40,089 bases of DNA from Candidatus Margulisiibacteriota bacterium. Lineage in GTDB: Bacteria > Margulisbacteria > Marinamargulisbacteria > JBHPDY01. The position numbers and the translations under genes were made by a program. Under the pieces are notes generated by a model that saw only the letters and a program-made list of their open reading frames with translations, made no database searches and was not told the origin of the DNA. Positions 1-8,996 of the stretch are shown in pieces. Every line of letters starts with the position of its first letter. Positions within the stretch are counted from its first letter, which is position 1. The DNA lies in contig JBHPDY010000001.1 of assembly GCA_042577605.1 (NCBI GenBank), positions 1-40,089 on the forward strand. Reading direction: 5' to 3'.

Positions 1-207
1 GTATCAGGTATCGGTTTTTGCAAAAGCTTTTTAAACTTGAAAAAATTCCAGAGTGATCTCCCTCTTTTCATGGTTAATTCAGAATTATGATCTAAAGATA
101 AAAATTTGTGCTTATTTAACATCATTTACTTCCCCCATATTATATTATCGGAAAAAATAACGGAAAATTTCAGCTAAATTAAATTTATTTAAAAAAGTTA
201 CATTTTG

Positions 208-699
208 CTATTTATGTTTTTCTATTATTTTATTAATAAGCCCAGTAGTAGAAGCCCCAGGCAAAAAAGGAAGTATGCGCACTTCACCGCCATACCCTTT
301 TACAATAGGATATTCCGGAAGTTCCTCTGGCTTATAATCCCCACCTTTTACATGAATATCAGGCTTTAACTCTGCGATTAAATTATTCGGCCGCAATTCA
401 TCAAATACAACAATCAAATCTATCATCACTAATGAAGATAAGACTATTATTCTTTCTTTTAAACAAGTCAGCGGACGTTTCGGGCCTTTTAAGTTTTGGA
501 TAGATTTATCGGAATTTAATCCCAGAACCAGGTAATCACCTAGGTTTTTAGCCTGTTGCAGATAAGTAACATGCCCGGCATGAATAATATCAAAGCACCC
601 ATTGGTAAAAACAATTTTCTTGTTCTCTTTTCTCCAATTTTCACAAATAGACTTTGCTTTTTCTAAAGAAGCTTCTTTGTTCAGAATATCGTTATTCAT
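208..699 (-). CDS. hldC: D-glycero-beta-D-manno-heptose 1-phosphate adenylyltransferase (stand-alone RfaE domain II type)
   Basis: ORF 208..708. It has the cytidylyltransferase-fold motif FTNGCFDIIHAGH near the N-terminus and is about 160 aa. It lies directly downstream of the heptose kinase gene. The codon at 708 is GTG. The ATG at 699..697 (MNNDIL...) overlaps the kinase stop in an ATGAATAA arrangement, so I prefer it as the start. Confidence 0.85.
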   Translation of the reverse strand: MNNDILNKEASLEKAKSICENWRKENKKIVFTNGCFDIIHAGHVTYLQQAKNLGDYLVLGLNSDKSIQNLKGPKRPLTCLKERIIVLSSLVMIDLIVVFDELRPNNLIAELKPDIHVKGGDYKPEELPEYPIVKGYGGEVRILPFLPGASTTGLINKIIEKHK

Positions 700-1675
700 G
701 TAAAACACTTTCTTTTATTTCTTCAAAAGTTGTGGCCGAGGTCCCGATCTTACCAACTACTATGCCAGCAGCATAATTAGCTAAGAAACTTGCTTTTTCA
801 ATAGACCAGCCCGCTGCAAGCGAAATAGTAAGAACAGATATAAAAGTATCTCCCGCACCTGTAATATCATATACTTCCCTGGCCTTAGTAGGGACATCAA
901 TCTTTTTCCCGGCCTCAGTAATTATGGATACTCCTTTTTCAGACCTGGTCAGCACTAAAGCATGTAATTGTAAACGTTTAATTAGTTTTAAGCCCTCTGT
1001 TAATATTTCTTTTTCATTTAAATCTTGTTTTTTTATTACTGTTTCAAACTCATGTAGATTTGGTGTTAAAACATAAGCGCCTTTATACTTTTTATAATCC
1101 CTTCCTTTAGGATCAATGATGACATGCACACGGTTTTCTTTTGCTGTTTTAATAATTTTCTGTAAAAAACCAGCTGGCAAAAGGCCTTTTAAATAATCAG
1201 AGATCAGCAGAATATCAACCTGGCTTAAACATTCTATGACATTTTTATAAATTTTGTTGGCTGTTTTGCGGTTGATGTTTGAAACTTCTTCGCGGTCTAC
1301 TCTGACCACATGCTGCTGATGGGCAACAATTCTGGACTTTAGAGTTGTAGCCCGGTCTTCTTCCTGTACCACATAATCAGTGTTTATGGCTGAAGCAGCC
1401 AGAACATCCAAGAGCTTTTGTCCGGAACTGTCATTGCCGATTACGCCAATTAAATATGCTATGTTCTTTAATGAACTGATATTCTTGGCAACATTCCCGG
1501 CACCACCCGGAACAAGGGTAGTTTTTCGCACCTTGCATACCGGCACAGGCGCTTCGGGTGAAATCCTTTTTACCGTACACCAGTGGTATTCATCCAGCAT
1601 GATATCTCCGATTACCAGGATTTTTTTGCCCTGGCATTCATTAATATGGTTGATTAATTCCTCTTTATCTATCAT
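692..1675 (-). CDS. hldA: D-glycero-beta-D-manno-heptose 7-phosphate kinase (stand-alone RfaE domain I, PfkB/ribokinase family)
   Basis: 327-aa ORF. It has PfkB-family signatures (VPGGAGNVAKN and DITGAGDTFISV) and the RfaE-like N-terminus ILVIGDIMLDEY. It is translationally coupled to the adenylyltransferase gene. Confidence 0.85.
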   Translation of the reverse strand: MIDKEELINHINECQGKKILVIGDIMLDEYHWCTVKRISPEAPVPVCKVRKTTLVPGGAGNVAKNISSLKNIAYLIGVIGNDSSGQKLLDVLAASAINTDYVVQEEDRATTLKSRIVAHQQHVVRVDREEVSNINRKTANKIYKNVIECLSQVDILLISDYLKGLLPAGFLQKIIKTAKENRVHVIIDPKGRDYKKYKGAYVLTPNLHEFETVIKKQDLNEKEILTEGLKLIKRLQLHALVLTRSEKGVSIITEAGKKIDVPTKAREVYDITGAGDTFISVLTISLAAGWSIEKASFLANYAAGIVVGKIGTSATTFEEIKESVLHE

Positions 1676-1709
1676 TTCTAAATCCTCTTTTCATTTTATC
1701 TGTTTTACA

Positions 1710-1817
1710 AGAGACGTTGCAGTGCAACGTCTTTACTATCTGGTTTTTTCCTTATTTGTCTTTTATGTTTTTTCTTTGAACCATCCAAATCTACCGTCCC
1801 TCTCTTTCAAGAGAGGG
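1710..1817. repeat. Two GC-rich palindromic hairpins in an otherwise AT-rich spacer (REP-like)
   Basis: 1712..1732 is AGACGTTGCA-G-TGCAACGTCT, with perfect 10-nt arms. 1798..1817 is CCCTCTC-TTTCAA-GAGAGGG. Both lie between the phosphoesterase stop (1830) and the hldA start (1675). Neither is followed by a T-tract on either strand. Confidence 0.6.
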
Positions 1818-1829
1818 AACGAGGGTGAG

Positions 1830-2849
1830 TTAAATTCCCCCATTTCCAAGCTCCTCCAACACCTTCACCTTTTTAGTCTTATGATTATACGTTTTTAATG
1901 AATTTTTATCAAAAATAAGCGCTCCGCCAAATCCTCCGTAAACATCTGCCATAGCACAATCAATATTAATTACCCTGTTTTTATAAAAAGATCTAGCCTC
2001 AATATAGGGGTCATGAGAATGCACAATGCGTTTTACTCTAAATTCCTTAAGGATTTTATCCAGTTTCTTTTTAATAAATTTTTTTCTAAATTCTTTTAGT
2101 TCATAATCAACCATAAAACCAGCTTCTTGTTGTTTATTTTGTCTTTTTATGAAATTTTCCTTAACTTCTTCATCAGTTGTTAAATGCTCAAGCCAGTCCC
2201 GTTCCGCCCAGATCACAGATGTGCCGTAAGACAGCCAGCAGGCAGAGCGGTCATCATATTCCAGGGTATAGATTGCGCTGTAGGGAAGATTCCCGCTTTT
2301 AAAATCTTTTTCCATTTCTGTTAATCCTGCTAAACCAACTTTTCCATTATAAGGCTGGAATTTACCGCGAAAATAAGGCAGGCCAGCATGGATAAACAAA
2401 GTATCATTTTCGATATGGAACAATTTTAAATTTTTGCGCATAGCAGAGGCTAATTCTTGGAGCCTTGGGTTTTGAATGATTTTGTGTTGCTTGTATTCTA
2501 AGCCAGTACGAAAGCTAGACAAAGGGCCAAGTTCCGGGAAGACTTTTGCACCGCCGTTACCTATCCAGTCTCTGAACGCAGCTTCATCACCAGCCATAGT
2601 AGCGATAAAGAACATGTCATGGTTGCCGACCAAACCTACTGCTTTGCCATTTTCTATCAGTTCAATTACTTTTTCTGCGGTTTTTATGCTTTGTTTGCCC
2701 CGGTCCATATAGTCGCCTGTAAAAATGTAACGCGAAAACTGTTTATAACGGTCTAAAATCTCCATAAGGCGGTCATAGCTGCCATGTAAATCGCCTATGG
2801 CTAAAAGCGGAGTAAAGGATTTTTGCGCTTTCCTCTTGGTTACAGGCAT
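1830..2849 (-). CDS. PPP-family metallophosphoesterase (Ser/Thr phosphatase / ApaH-like) with an internal Lys-rich insertion
   Basis: 339-aa ORF with the ordered PPP motifs GDLHG (19-23), GDYMDRG (45-51), GNHD (75-78), HAG (154-156) and VHSHD (276-280). The HAG-to-HSH spacing is about 120 aa, clearly longer than in the minimal lambda-phosphatase-type enzymes. The start lies 9 nt after the stop of the upstream orphan gene. Confidence 0.8.
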   Translation of the reverse strand: MPVTKRKAQKSFTPLLAIGDLHGSYDRLMEILDRYKQFSRYIFTGDYMDRGKQSIKTAEKVIELIENGKAVGLVGNHDMFFIATMAGDEAAFRDWIGNGGAKVFPELGPLSSFRTGLEYKQHKIIQNPRLQELASAMRKNLKLFHIENDTLFIHAGLPYFRGKFQPYNGKVGLAGLTEMEKDFKSGNLPYSAIYTLEYDDRSACWLSYGTSVIWAERDWLEHLTTDEEVKENFIKRQNKQQEAGFMVDYELKEFRKKFIKKKLDKILKEFRVKRIVHSHDPYIEARSFYKNRVINIDCAMADVYGGFGGALIFDKNSLKTYNHKTKKVKVLEELGNGGI

Positions 2850-2858
2850 ATTAATAGT

Positions 2859-3965
2859 TTACCTGAAAAAACAGAAGATAGAATAAAAAAATTTATATAA
2901 ACAACTATTCTTTATTTTTTGGCAACCTGTAATAGGCATATCATTATTATCATCGTCTGGATCTGTGGGTATTGTTGTTTTATAACGAGGAATATTTGAT
3001 TGATTTTTCAAGTCATTGGAAGAGCCATGAGGAGAAGGAACAAGTTGAAATTTATAAGGATCTGTACTTTGTAAATTGAATTTGCCATCAGGACCTTTTC
3101 CAGCTTCTTTAAAAAGCTTTTTTAAGGCTGGGTGTAAATCGCGCCTTTCCCAATTTATTACTGGAGCTTTCTTATTTTTACCGGGAATTTTGATTGAAAG
3201 GGTGGAATTTTCAGTGGAAGGATCTTTTTCAACATAAACTGGCTGTTCTTGGCTAGAAAGCATTATAAATGATTTCTTGTGTTTTGTGCGCATTATAGAA
3301 AGCTTATTAATTTTTTTCATTAATAGTTTAAAATAATCAGCTAATTCTGGATAATATTTACATAAGAAAACAGATTTATTAACAGAGTTCCTTGATTTGC
3401 GAGTTTTACCTAGAGCTTCGTTGCAAAAATAATCCAATTTATCAAGTAAAAAATCTTCTATTGTTTTGGCTCTTTTTTTCTTTTTATAGTTCGCTTTAGT
3501 TGTAGTGGAGGCTAGATAAAAATCAGTTGCAAAAAAATACAAATTAAAAATAACTAATAATTTATGGGAGCCATTTTGTATGAGACTAGTTGGTTGAGGT
3601 GTAACTTTATTTGTTTTTTTTCTCTTAGACACGAGAGAAATATTTTCCTTAGAACATCTCTTTTTTATCGTATTTATCTCTTCCCATTTTGATAAAATGT
3701 GACCAAAAATATATTCCCTGTCAGAACTTTTAAAATCAACAAATCCTGGATACAAGATTAATAGTCTGTGGAACGAGACCGGATCTAAGCGGTTAATAGC
3801 ATTAACTATTTGACGAAAATGCTCATCACCAACTTCTTTGGGTGTTTTAGTATATAGCCATGTAATTTTTGGAGTTTGTAAATAAGAATTTCCATTCAAC
3901 GGATAAAATTTATTTTGTAGAAAAGTAACAGATCCTAAATGGTCTGGCAATAATTTTTTATACAT
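2859..3965 (-). CDS. Orphan protein, paralog A of the MxKKLLP...SCLYKFF family
   Basis: 368-aa ORF with clear similarity to the 4191..5444 product. Matching blocks are MYKKLLP/MQKKLLP, REYIFGHILSKW/GEYIFDLILSKY, KLLVIFNLYFFATDFYLAS/KLKIILNLYIFTIDLYMVT, YYPELADYFKLLMKKINKLS/HYPDLKDYFELLMKNIDKLS and NSCLYKFF/HSCLYKFF. Conservation between paralogs supports real coding. Confidence 0.75.
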   Translation of the reverse strand: MYKKLLPDHLGSVTFLQNKFYPLNGNSYLQTPKITWLYTKTPKEVGDEHFRQIVNAINRLDPVSFHRLLILYPGFVDFKSSDREYIFGHILSKWEEINTIKKRCSKENISLVSKRKKTNKVTPQPTSLIQNGSHKLLVIFNLYFFATDFYLASTTTKANYKKKKRAKTIEDFLLDKLDYFCNEALGKTRKSRNSVNKSVFLCKYYPELADYFKLLMKKINKLSIMRTKHKKSFIMLSSQEQPVYVEKDPSTENSTLSIKIPGKNKKAPVINWERRDLHPALKKLFKEAGKGPDGKFNLQSTDPYKFQLVPSPHGSSNDLKNQSNIPRYKTTIPTDPDDDNNDMPITGCQKIKNSCLYKFFYSIFCFFR

Positions 3966-4190
3966 GTTATTTCCGGGTTAAATATTTGCTAAATCCAACA
4001 CCTGGAATAAATATTTTCCCCACTACTTTGAAAATGCACTGTATGTCATCTATAACCATCAGGGGAGTAAAAGACTTCTGGATCTTACTATTAGGCGAGG
4101 GCATATTATTAGTTTACAGGAAAAATAAAAATATCGAAAAGGTGGTTACAACTAAAAATACCTTAAGTACAACAATATAAAATGATTAGT

Positions 4191-5444
4191 TTAGTTAGGT
4201 TGGTCATCACATGAACCAGTGAAGATAAAAAGAAAAAACTTATACAAGCATGAGTGCTTTATCTCTACCAGAGAAGAGAGATCATTATCACCCCTATCAT
4301 TGCCACTGTCGCCAATGGGAGCGGGTGTGGGAGCGGATGTGGGACCGGGTGTAGGTATGTGCTTTTCGGTAACTATCCTGTTAGGTTCTTGTGGCGTTGT
4401 GACTTCTGTGAATTTTTCAGAGGTGGGCTTAGCAGGATCTTTTGGAGATGAGAACATAGGAGGAGGTGATTCATTAGGCGCTATATGTTTCAGTGAAGCT
4501 TGAGCCTCGCGCGCCTTATATATTAGCATATCCTGCTCAAAAACACCTCTGAGGTTATTAGGCAAAGGGAAGCACATTTTTACCCATTTTAATCCTGACA
4601 GTTTCATCCCGAGAAGAATATCAACTAGCTGATCATCACTTAGATGGGTTAGGGAATTATTAGAACTGTGCGTTTGATTTGAATAGTTTTTTATCCTATG
4701 AGTAGATTTCTTTTTAACAGGGGCCGGCTTTTTTTTGATGAAGAGATCTATCAAGTGTTTATATTTTTTATTAGTCACGGAAAGCTTATCAATGTTCTTC
4801 ATTAATAGTTCAAAATAATCCTTCAGGTCCGGATAATGTCTCTGTAAAAATTTGCCAGGTCTAAAATCAGATTTAACAAATGTAGGATCTCTGAGCTTTT
4901 GTTTTTTGAATAGTGTGTCCAACTCTTCAAATAAAAAAGATTTTATCAATGCTTTTTTGTTTTTTTTATATGCAAAATTATTCTTGGTAGTTACCATATA
5001 TAAATCAATTGTAAAAATATATAGATTAAGAATGATTTTTAATTTATCTATTTCATTTGAGGAAGAGTAAGTTGGAGTAAACGGATAGATAGCGTTTTTA
5101 TTTGAAGGGCGAAAACTGAATTTCAAGGGCGTGTTTTTATTAAGTGAGGCATATTTTGATAAAATAAGATCAAAAATATATTCACCTTTATCATTTATAA
5201 AAAGAATAAGTCTTGGACTAATAAATAATGTTTCGTGAAAAGAATTAATGTCTAAGTTATCAATAGCCTTGCTTAGTCTTAAAAAACGCGACCCATCCTT
5301 TCCTTGATGCATAAAAGATTTCTGTTGCAGCGATAACCATGATTTTTCTGCGTTGGATAAAAAATTATTGCAACCTAATAAATAGTATTTCTTTTTGATT
5401 AAATTATCTGAGTTAGTTGTTTGTGGTAATAGTTTTTTTTGCAT
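4191..5444 (-). CDS. Orphan protein, paralog B of the MxKKLLP...SCLYKFF family
   Basis: 417-aa ORF, homologous to paralog A (see its evidence). A Pro/Thr/Ala-rich linker (PTPGPTSAPTPAPIGDSGNDRGDND) precedes the conserved tail IKHSCLYKFFLFIF. Confidence 0.75.
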   Translation of the reverse strand: MQKKLLPQTTNSDNLIKKKYYLLGCNNFLSNAEKSWLSLQQKSFMHQGKDGSRFLRLSKAIDNLDINSFHETLFISPRLILFINDKGEYIFDLILSKYASLNKNTPLKFSFRPSNKNAIYPFTPTYSSSNEIDKLKIILNLYIFTIDLYMVTTKNNFAYKKNKKALIKSFLFEELDTLFKKQKLRDPTFVKSDFRPGKFLQRHYPDLKDYFELLMKNIDKLSVTNKKYKHLIDLFIKKKPAPVKKKSTHRIKNYSNQTHSSNNSLTHLSDDQLVDILLGMKLSGLKWVKMCFPLPNNLRGVFEQDMLIYKAREAQASLKHIAPNESPPPMFSSPKDPAKPTSEKFTEVTTPQEPNRIVTEKHIPTPGPTSAPTPAPIGDSGNDRGDNDLSSLVEIKHSCLYKFFLFIFTGSCDDQPN

Positions 5445-5478
5445 ATATTAAATCCAAAACACTTAGTACTAATATTTC

Positions 5479-6120
5479 TTAGATATCTGAAAAACTTTTT
5501 CTTTCTTCTGTATTTTGCTTAGGTTTTTTTTTGCAGAATGTAATAAAAAACTTAAAAAAGCGATAAAAAAACTTATATTTAACAGGAACAACATTATCGA
5601 TTTTCTCTTTTTTACCTTCCTGTATTATCATAAAAGATTCTTTTACTACCATCCGGATATCAGGCTTAAAAGGATTAGAATCCTGGGGAGAAGATGTAAA
5701 AGTATTCTGATTGGCAGTAATAATAAAACTAATATGACATTTCCTAATCTTGTAAGTCAATTTGATAGTGTTACCTTCTTTGTAATCACTTTTATTCAGA
5801 AAAGGAATAGCTTTTTTAAGCAAGCGTTCCCAGGGTAAAATAGATTTTTTCTGATAGGAGTCCTTTAGTTCTTTATGACCTTTTACACGAAGTTGAAACT
5901 TTTTTTCATTTATTTGAAGATTAACAATTTTTTTAGAACCATAATCAAAATGGTTGCCTAAACTTCTAGATAAGCATTTGGCTATTTGTTCCCAGTCAGC
6001 ATTGTCCAAATCTCCATCAGATTCATCACATTCATAAGATTCATCATATTCATCAGATTCATCAGAAGAAGAGACAGAATAGGAAATATATTGTTCGCAA
6101 GGTATTATTTTTTTGTGCAT
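5479..6120 (-). CDS. Orphan protein, short paralog C of the same family, with an acidic N-terminal tract
   Basis: 213-aa ORF. The N-terminus MHKKIIP matches MxKK[LI][LI]P. It is followed by the acidic tract SSSDESDEYDESYECDESDGD. The block ILPWERLLKK resembles INWERRDLHPALKK in paralog A. The C-terminal tail is VKYKFFYRFFKFFITF. There are only 34 nt to the start of paralog B. Confidence 0.65.
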   Translation of the reverse strand: MHKKIIPCEQYISYSVSSSDESDEYDESYECDESDGDLDNADWEQIAKCLSRSLGNHFDYGSKKIVNLQINEKKFQLRVKGHKELKDSYQKKSILPWERLLKKAIPFLNKSDYKEGNTIKLTYKIRKCHISFIITANQNTFTSSPQDSNPFKPDIRMVVKESFMIIQEGKKEKIDNVVPVKYKFFYRFFKFFITFCKKKPKQNTEERKSFSDI

Positions 6121-6251
6121 GGTGACTCTTTATAAAAAGTATCGGTAAAAAGCTTTTAAAATTGCATTGAAATCTACTGTTAGTTTTTTATTAGGGCAGC
6201 GGTTGCCGTCCTAACTAGAATTTCTATGCTTTTATGCTAAAATCAAATTGC

Positions 6252-8045
6252 ATGAAAAACATCCGCAATTTTTCCATCATTGCCCACATTGATCATGGCA
6301 AATCTACCCTTTCTGACCGTATGATCGAAAAAACCCATACTGTGTCTCATAGGGAAATGAAAGAGCAGCTATTGGATACCATGGATTTGGAAAGAGAACG
6401 TGGCATTACCATAAAACTTCAAGCCGTCCGTATGCAATACAAAGCCAAAGACGGGCATTCATATCAATTGAACCTGATCGATACTCCCGGGCATGTGGAC
6501 TTTACCTATGAAGTTTCCCGCTCCCTGGCTGCCTGTGAAGGTGCCTTGTTGCTGATTGATGCTACCCAAGGGATCGAAGCTCAATCCGTAGCTAACTTCT
6601 ATTTGGCTTTGGAGAATGATCTGGAGATTATTCCTGTCATCAATAAAACCGACCTGCCTTCAGCAGAACCGGAAAATGTTGCCCAAGAGGTAGAACAGGT
6701 CTTTGGCATACCTGCTGATGAGTGTTTGTTTTCCAGCGCTAAAACAGGTGAGGGCATCGAAGATATTTTAGAAGCTGTTGTTGCCAGGGTGCCTCCTCCT
6801 GAATCATCCAATGAAAAAGAATTAAAAGCCCTGATCTTTGATGCTAATTATGATGTTTACCGTGGGGTTGTAAGCTATATACGGGTTTTTAGCGGTGAAA
6901 TCAAAAAAGGCGAAAAAATCCAGTTCATGGCTACCGGAAGAAAAGCAGATGCCTTGGAAGTTGGTTTTTTTAAGCCTCAGATGACACCTGCTGCTTCAAT
7001 CAAAGAAGGGGAAGTAGGTTACTTAATAGCTAATATTAAAGATGTGGGCGATACCAGGGTAGGGGACACTATTACACTGGTTAATGCACCAGCAGCAAAA
7101 CCACTGACTAACTACAAAGAGGCCAAACCAATGGTATTCTGCGGTTTTTATCCTGTGGATACAGATAGATTTAATGACCTTAAGGAAGCCTTAGTGAAAT
7201 TAAAATTAAATGACTCCGCTTTACACTTCATGACTGAAACTTCCGAAGCGTTAGGTTTTGGTTTTAGGTGCGGCTTTTTGGGCCTGCTCCACCTGGAAAT
7301 TATCCAGGAACGTATTGAGCGTGAGTTCAATATTGAGCTGATCGCCACAGCCCCCAATGTCACCTACAGAATAACCAGAACAGACGGCGAGGTCATGATG
7401 GTCGAAAATCCTAATCGTTTCCCCGAAAGCACAAAGATTGAAACAGTCGAAGAACCGTTCATGGGTTTATCCATTATTACGCCCAATACTTATATCGGTG
7501 CGGTAATGGAACTGGCCAGCGAGCACCGGGCGGTCTACAAAAAAGCAGAATTTATCGACGCTCTAAGGCAGATGATCACATTTTCAATTCCTTTAAATGA
7601 GCTGATAGCCAATTTCTTTGACAAACTCAAATCACGTACCCGCGGTTATGCCAGTATGGATTATTGGTTTGAAGAATATACACTTTCCAAGCTTTCAAAA
7701 GTAGATATCCTAATCAATAACGAACCAGTTGACGCCCTTTCATTTATAGCGCATGAAGGCAAGGCCCGTAACATAGCTAAAAAAATGATTGAAAAGCTAA
7801 GAAAACAAATCCCCCGGCAATTATTTGCCATTGTCCTGCAAGGCGCTATTGGCAGCAATATAATCTGCCGTGAAACCATCAGCCCTCTAAAGAAAAACGT
7901 GACAGCCAAATGCTACGGCGGAGATATCACCAGGAAAAGAAAACTACTGGAAAAACAAAAAGCCGGAAAAAAGAAAATGAAAAGCATTGGATCAGTGGAA
8001 GTACCCAAAGATGCATTTATGGCTATACTCAAGATCAGGGATTGA
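6252..8045 (+). CDS. lepA: Elongation factor 4 (translational GTPase LepA)
   Basis: Has the GTPase motifs [14 protein letters not shown] and NKTD, plus the LepA-specific C-terminal region (...[25 protein letters not shown]...). The track ORF starts at 6234, but the [19 protein letters not shown] start at 6252 matches the usual LepA N-terminus. Confidence 0.95.
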   Translation: MKNIRNFSIIAHIDHGKSTLSDRMIEKTHTVSHREMKEQLLDTMDLERERGITIKLQAVRMQYKAKDGHSYQLNLIDTPGHVDFTYEVSRSLAACEGALLLIDATQGIEAQSVANFYLALENDLEIIPVINKTDLPSAEPENVAQEVEQVFGIPADECLFSSAKTGEGIEDILEAVVARVPPPESSNEKELKALIFDANYDVYRGVVSYIRVFSGEIKKGEKIQFMATGRKADALEVGFFKPQMTPAASIKEGEVGYLIANIKDVGDTRVGDTITLVNAPAAKPLTNYKEAKPMVFCGFYPVDTDRFNDLKEALVKLKLNDSALHFMTETSEALGFGFRCGFLGLLHLEIIQERIEREFNIELIATAPNVTYRITRTDGEVMMVENPNRFPESTKIETVEEPFMGLSIITPNTYIGAVMELASEHRAVYKKAEFIDALRQMITFSIPLNELIANFFDKLKSRTRGYASMDYWFEEYTLSKLSKVDILINNEPVDALSFIAHEGKARNIAKKMIEKLRKQIPRQLFAIVLQGAIGSNIICRETISPLKKNVTAKCYGGDITRKRKLLEKQKAGKKKMKSIGSVEVPKDAFMAILKIRD

Positions 8046-8869
8046 ACTTGGCCCGCATTTATCCCTATTTTTCTGAAAACTTAAAGATAAAGAAAGAATT
8101 ACCAACAGAGTTTTTTTTAACAAATCCAGGATTTTTATATGGTTATGGTTTGTTTGAGACTATTTTGATCAAGAATTCTAAACCACGCTTGATCGATAAG
8201 CATCTTCAAAGGTTATCAAGTTCAGCCAATACATTGAAAATTCCGTTTGATTTTAATAGAAATGATATTAAAAAGATGATTGAAAATGTAGTTCAAATTA
8301 ATCAAGTAGAAGACGCCCGCCTTAACATCTACCTGACTGCAAAAGATATTAAAGATAATAATGTGGTTTTACTAATAGTTCTAAAAGAATTGCCCCCCAA
8401 AAAGGATTTGGACAAAGCTTTTGCCCTGGACATTAAAAAAGCCTTTTTCCCCAGAACAAATTTAGACAGCCATAAAAGCATGGCCTATTTAAAGAACATT
8501 TGCGAAAAAAGGGCAGCCCAGGATTTTGATGATGTCATTTTATATGACCATGAAAAAAACATACTTGAGACCACGTCTGCCAATATATTTTTCATAAAGG
8601 GAAAAACTGTAATTACGCCCCAATCAAAGGTTATTTTGCCAGGTATAGCCAGAAATTTTGTGATAAACAATTTAGCCAAACTAGATTTGACTATTCAAGA
8701 GAGAAAAGTTCATTTGACTGAGTTGGCAGATTTTGAAGAAGTATTTTTAACAAATTCATTAAGAGGGGTAATTAAAGTTAAAAATATCAAAGGATACCCA
8801 AGGCTATCTTCCGGAAGCATTACAAAAGAAATCTCATTTTTATTTCAATCATCTGCGCCATCTGCGTAA
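8042..8869 (+). CDS. Class IV aminotransferase-fold protein, aminodeoxychorismate lyase (PabC)-like
   Basis: Has [19 protein letters not shown], the candidate catalytic-Lys context [31 protein letters not shown] and [14 protein letters not shown]. There is no in-frame ATG downstream of the lepA stop. The likely start is TTG at 8042 (a TTGA overlap with the lepA stop) or at 8048. The start is therefore uncertain. The last codons (SAPSA) read into the ATCTGCG repeat array. Confidence 0.6.
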   Translation: MNLARIYPYFSENLKIKKELPTEFFLTNPGFLYGYGLFETILIKNSKPRLIDKHLQRLSSSANTLKIPFDFNRNDIKKMIENVVQINQVEDARLNIYLTAKDIKDNNVVLLIVLKELPPKKDLDKAFALDIKKAFFPRTNLDSHKSMAYLKNICEKRAAQDFDDVILYDHEKNILETTSANIFFIKGKTVITPQSKVILPGIARNFVINNLAKLDLTIQERKVHLTELADFEEVFLTNSLRGVIKVKNIKGYPRLSSGSITKEISFLFQSSAPSA

Positions 8870-8885
8870 TCTGCGTTCATCTGCG
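8851..8885. repeat. Four copies of ATCTGCG spaced 9, 9 and 10 bp apart
   Basis: The heptamer starts at 8851, 8860, 8869 and 8879. The array straddles the stop codon (8867..8869) of the PabC-like ORF. Confidence 0.8.
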
Positions 8886-8996
8886 ATCCAGACATAGTAG
8901 GGGGGGATATATGTTTTCCTCTGGCACTTATCATGCACAGGGTCTGACACCTTTTCTTCTCTTCCTCCCAAAAACATTTTTAGCTATAATAGATCC

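Noticed and set aside
1-71. Possible partial minus-strand ORF starting at the ATG at 71..69 (MKRGRSLWNFFKFKKLLQKPIPD...) and running off the left edge
   Set aside because: Only 23 codons are visible, with no Shine-Dalgarno site and no recognisable similarity. There is too little evidence to call a gene.
1380-1898. 172-aa plus-strand ORF overlapping hldA and the phosphoesterase end. Similar antisense ORFs occur at 12220..12531, 13711..14124, 14625..15068, 15105..15356, 17149..17475, 17445..17897 and 17965..18213.
   Set aside because: Each is antisense to a gene with unambiguous family motifs (hldA, flhB-like, leuS, dapB, asd). None has motifs or translation signals of its own.
3986-4180. 64-aa plus-strand ORF in the 225-bp spacer between paralogs B and A
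   Set aside because: It has a TTG start, no Shine-Dalgarno site and no recognisable motif, and it lies on the opposite strand to the surrounding operon. It is probably non-coding promoter or spacer DNA for paralog A.
6010-6080. Short GATTCATCA-type nucleotide repeats in paralog C, and GGGTGTGGG-type repeats near 4310..4350 in paralog B
   Set aside because: They simply encode the acidic (DESDEYDES) and Pro/Thr/Ala (PTPGPTSAPTPAP) low-complexity linkers of the proteins. They are not independent DNA-level features.
6234-6251. Upstream ATG start for lepA (MLKSNC...)
   Set aside because: The conserved LepA N-terminus starts at [19 protein letters not shown] (6252). The six extra residues are not typical. 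They are not excluded, only less likely.
7910-8041. N-terminal 44 codons of track ORF 7910..8869 ([11 protein letters not shown]...)
   Set aside because: This part lies inside the lepA coding region in another frame. Similarity to the class IV aminotransferase fold begins only after the lepA stop, so the start was moved to TTG at 8042 or 8048.
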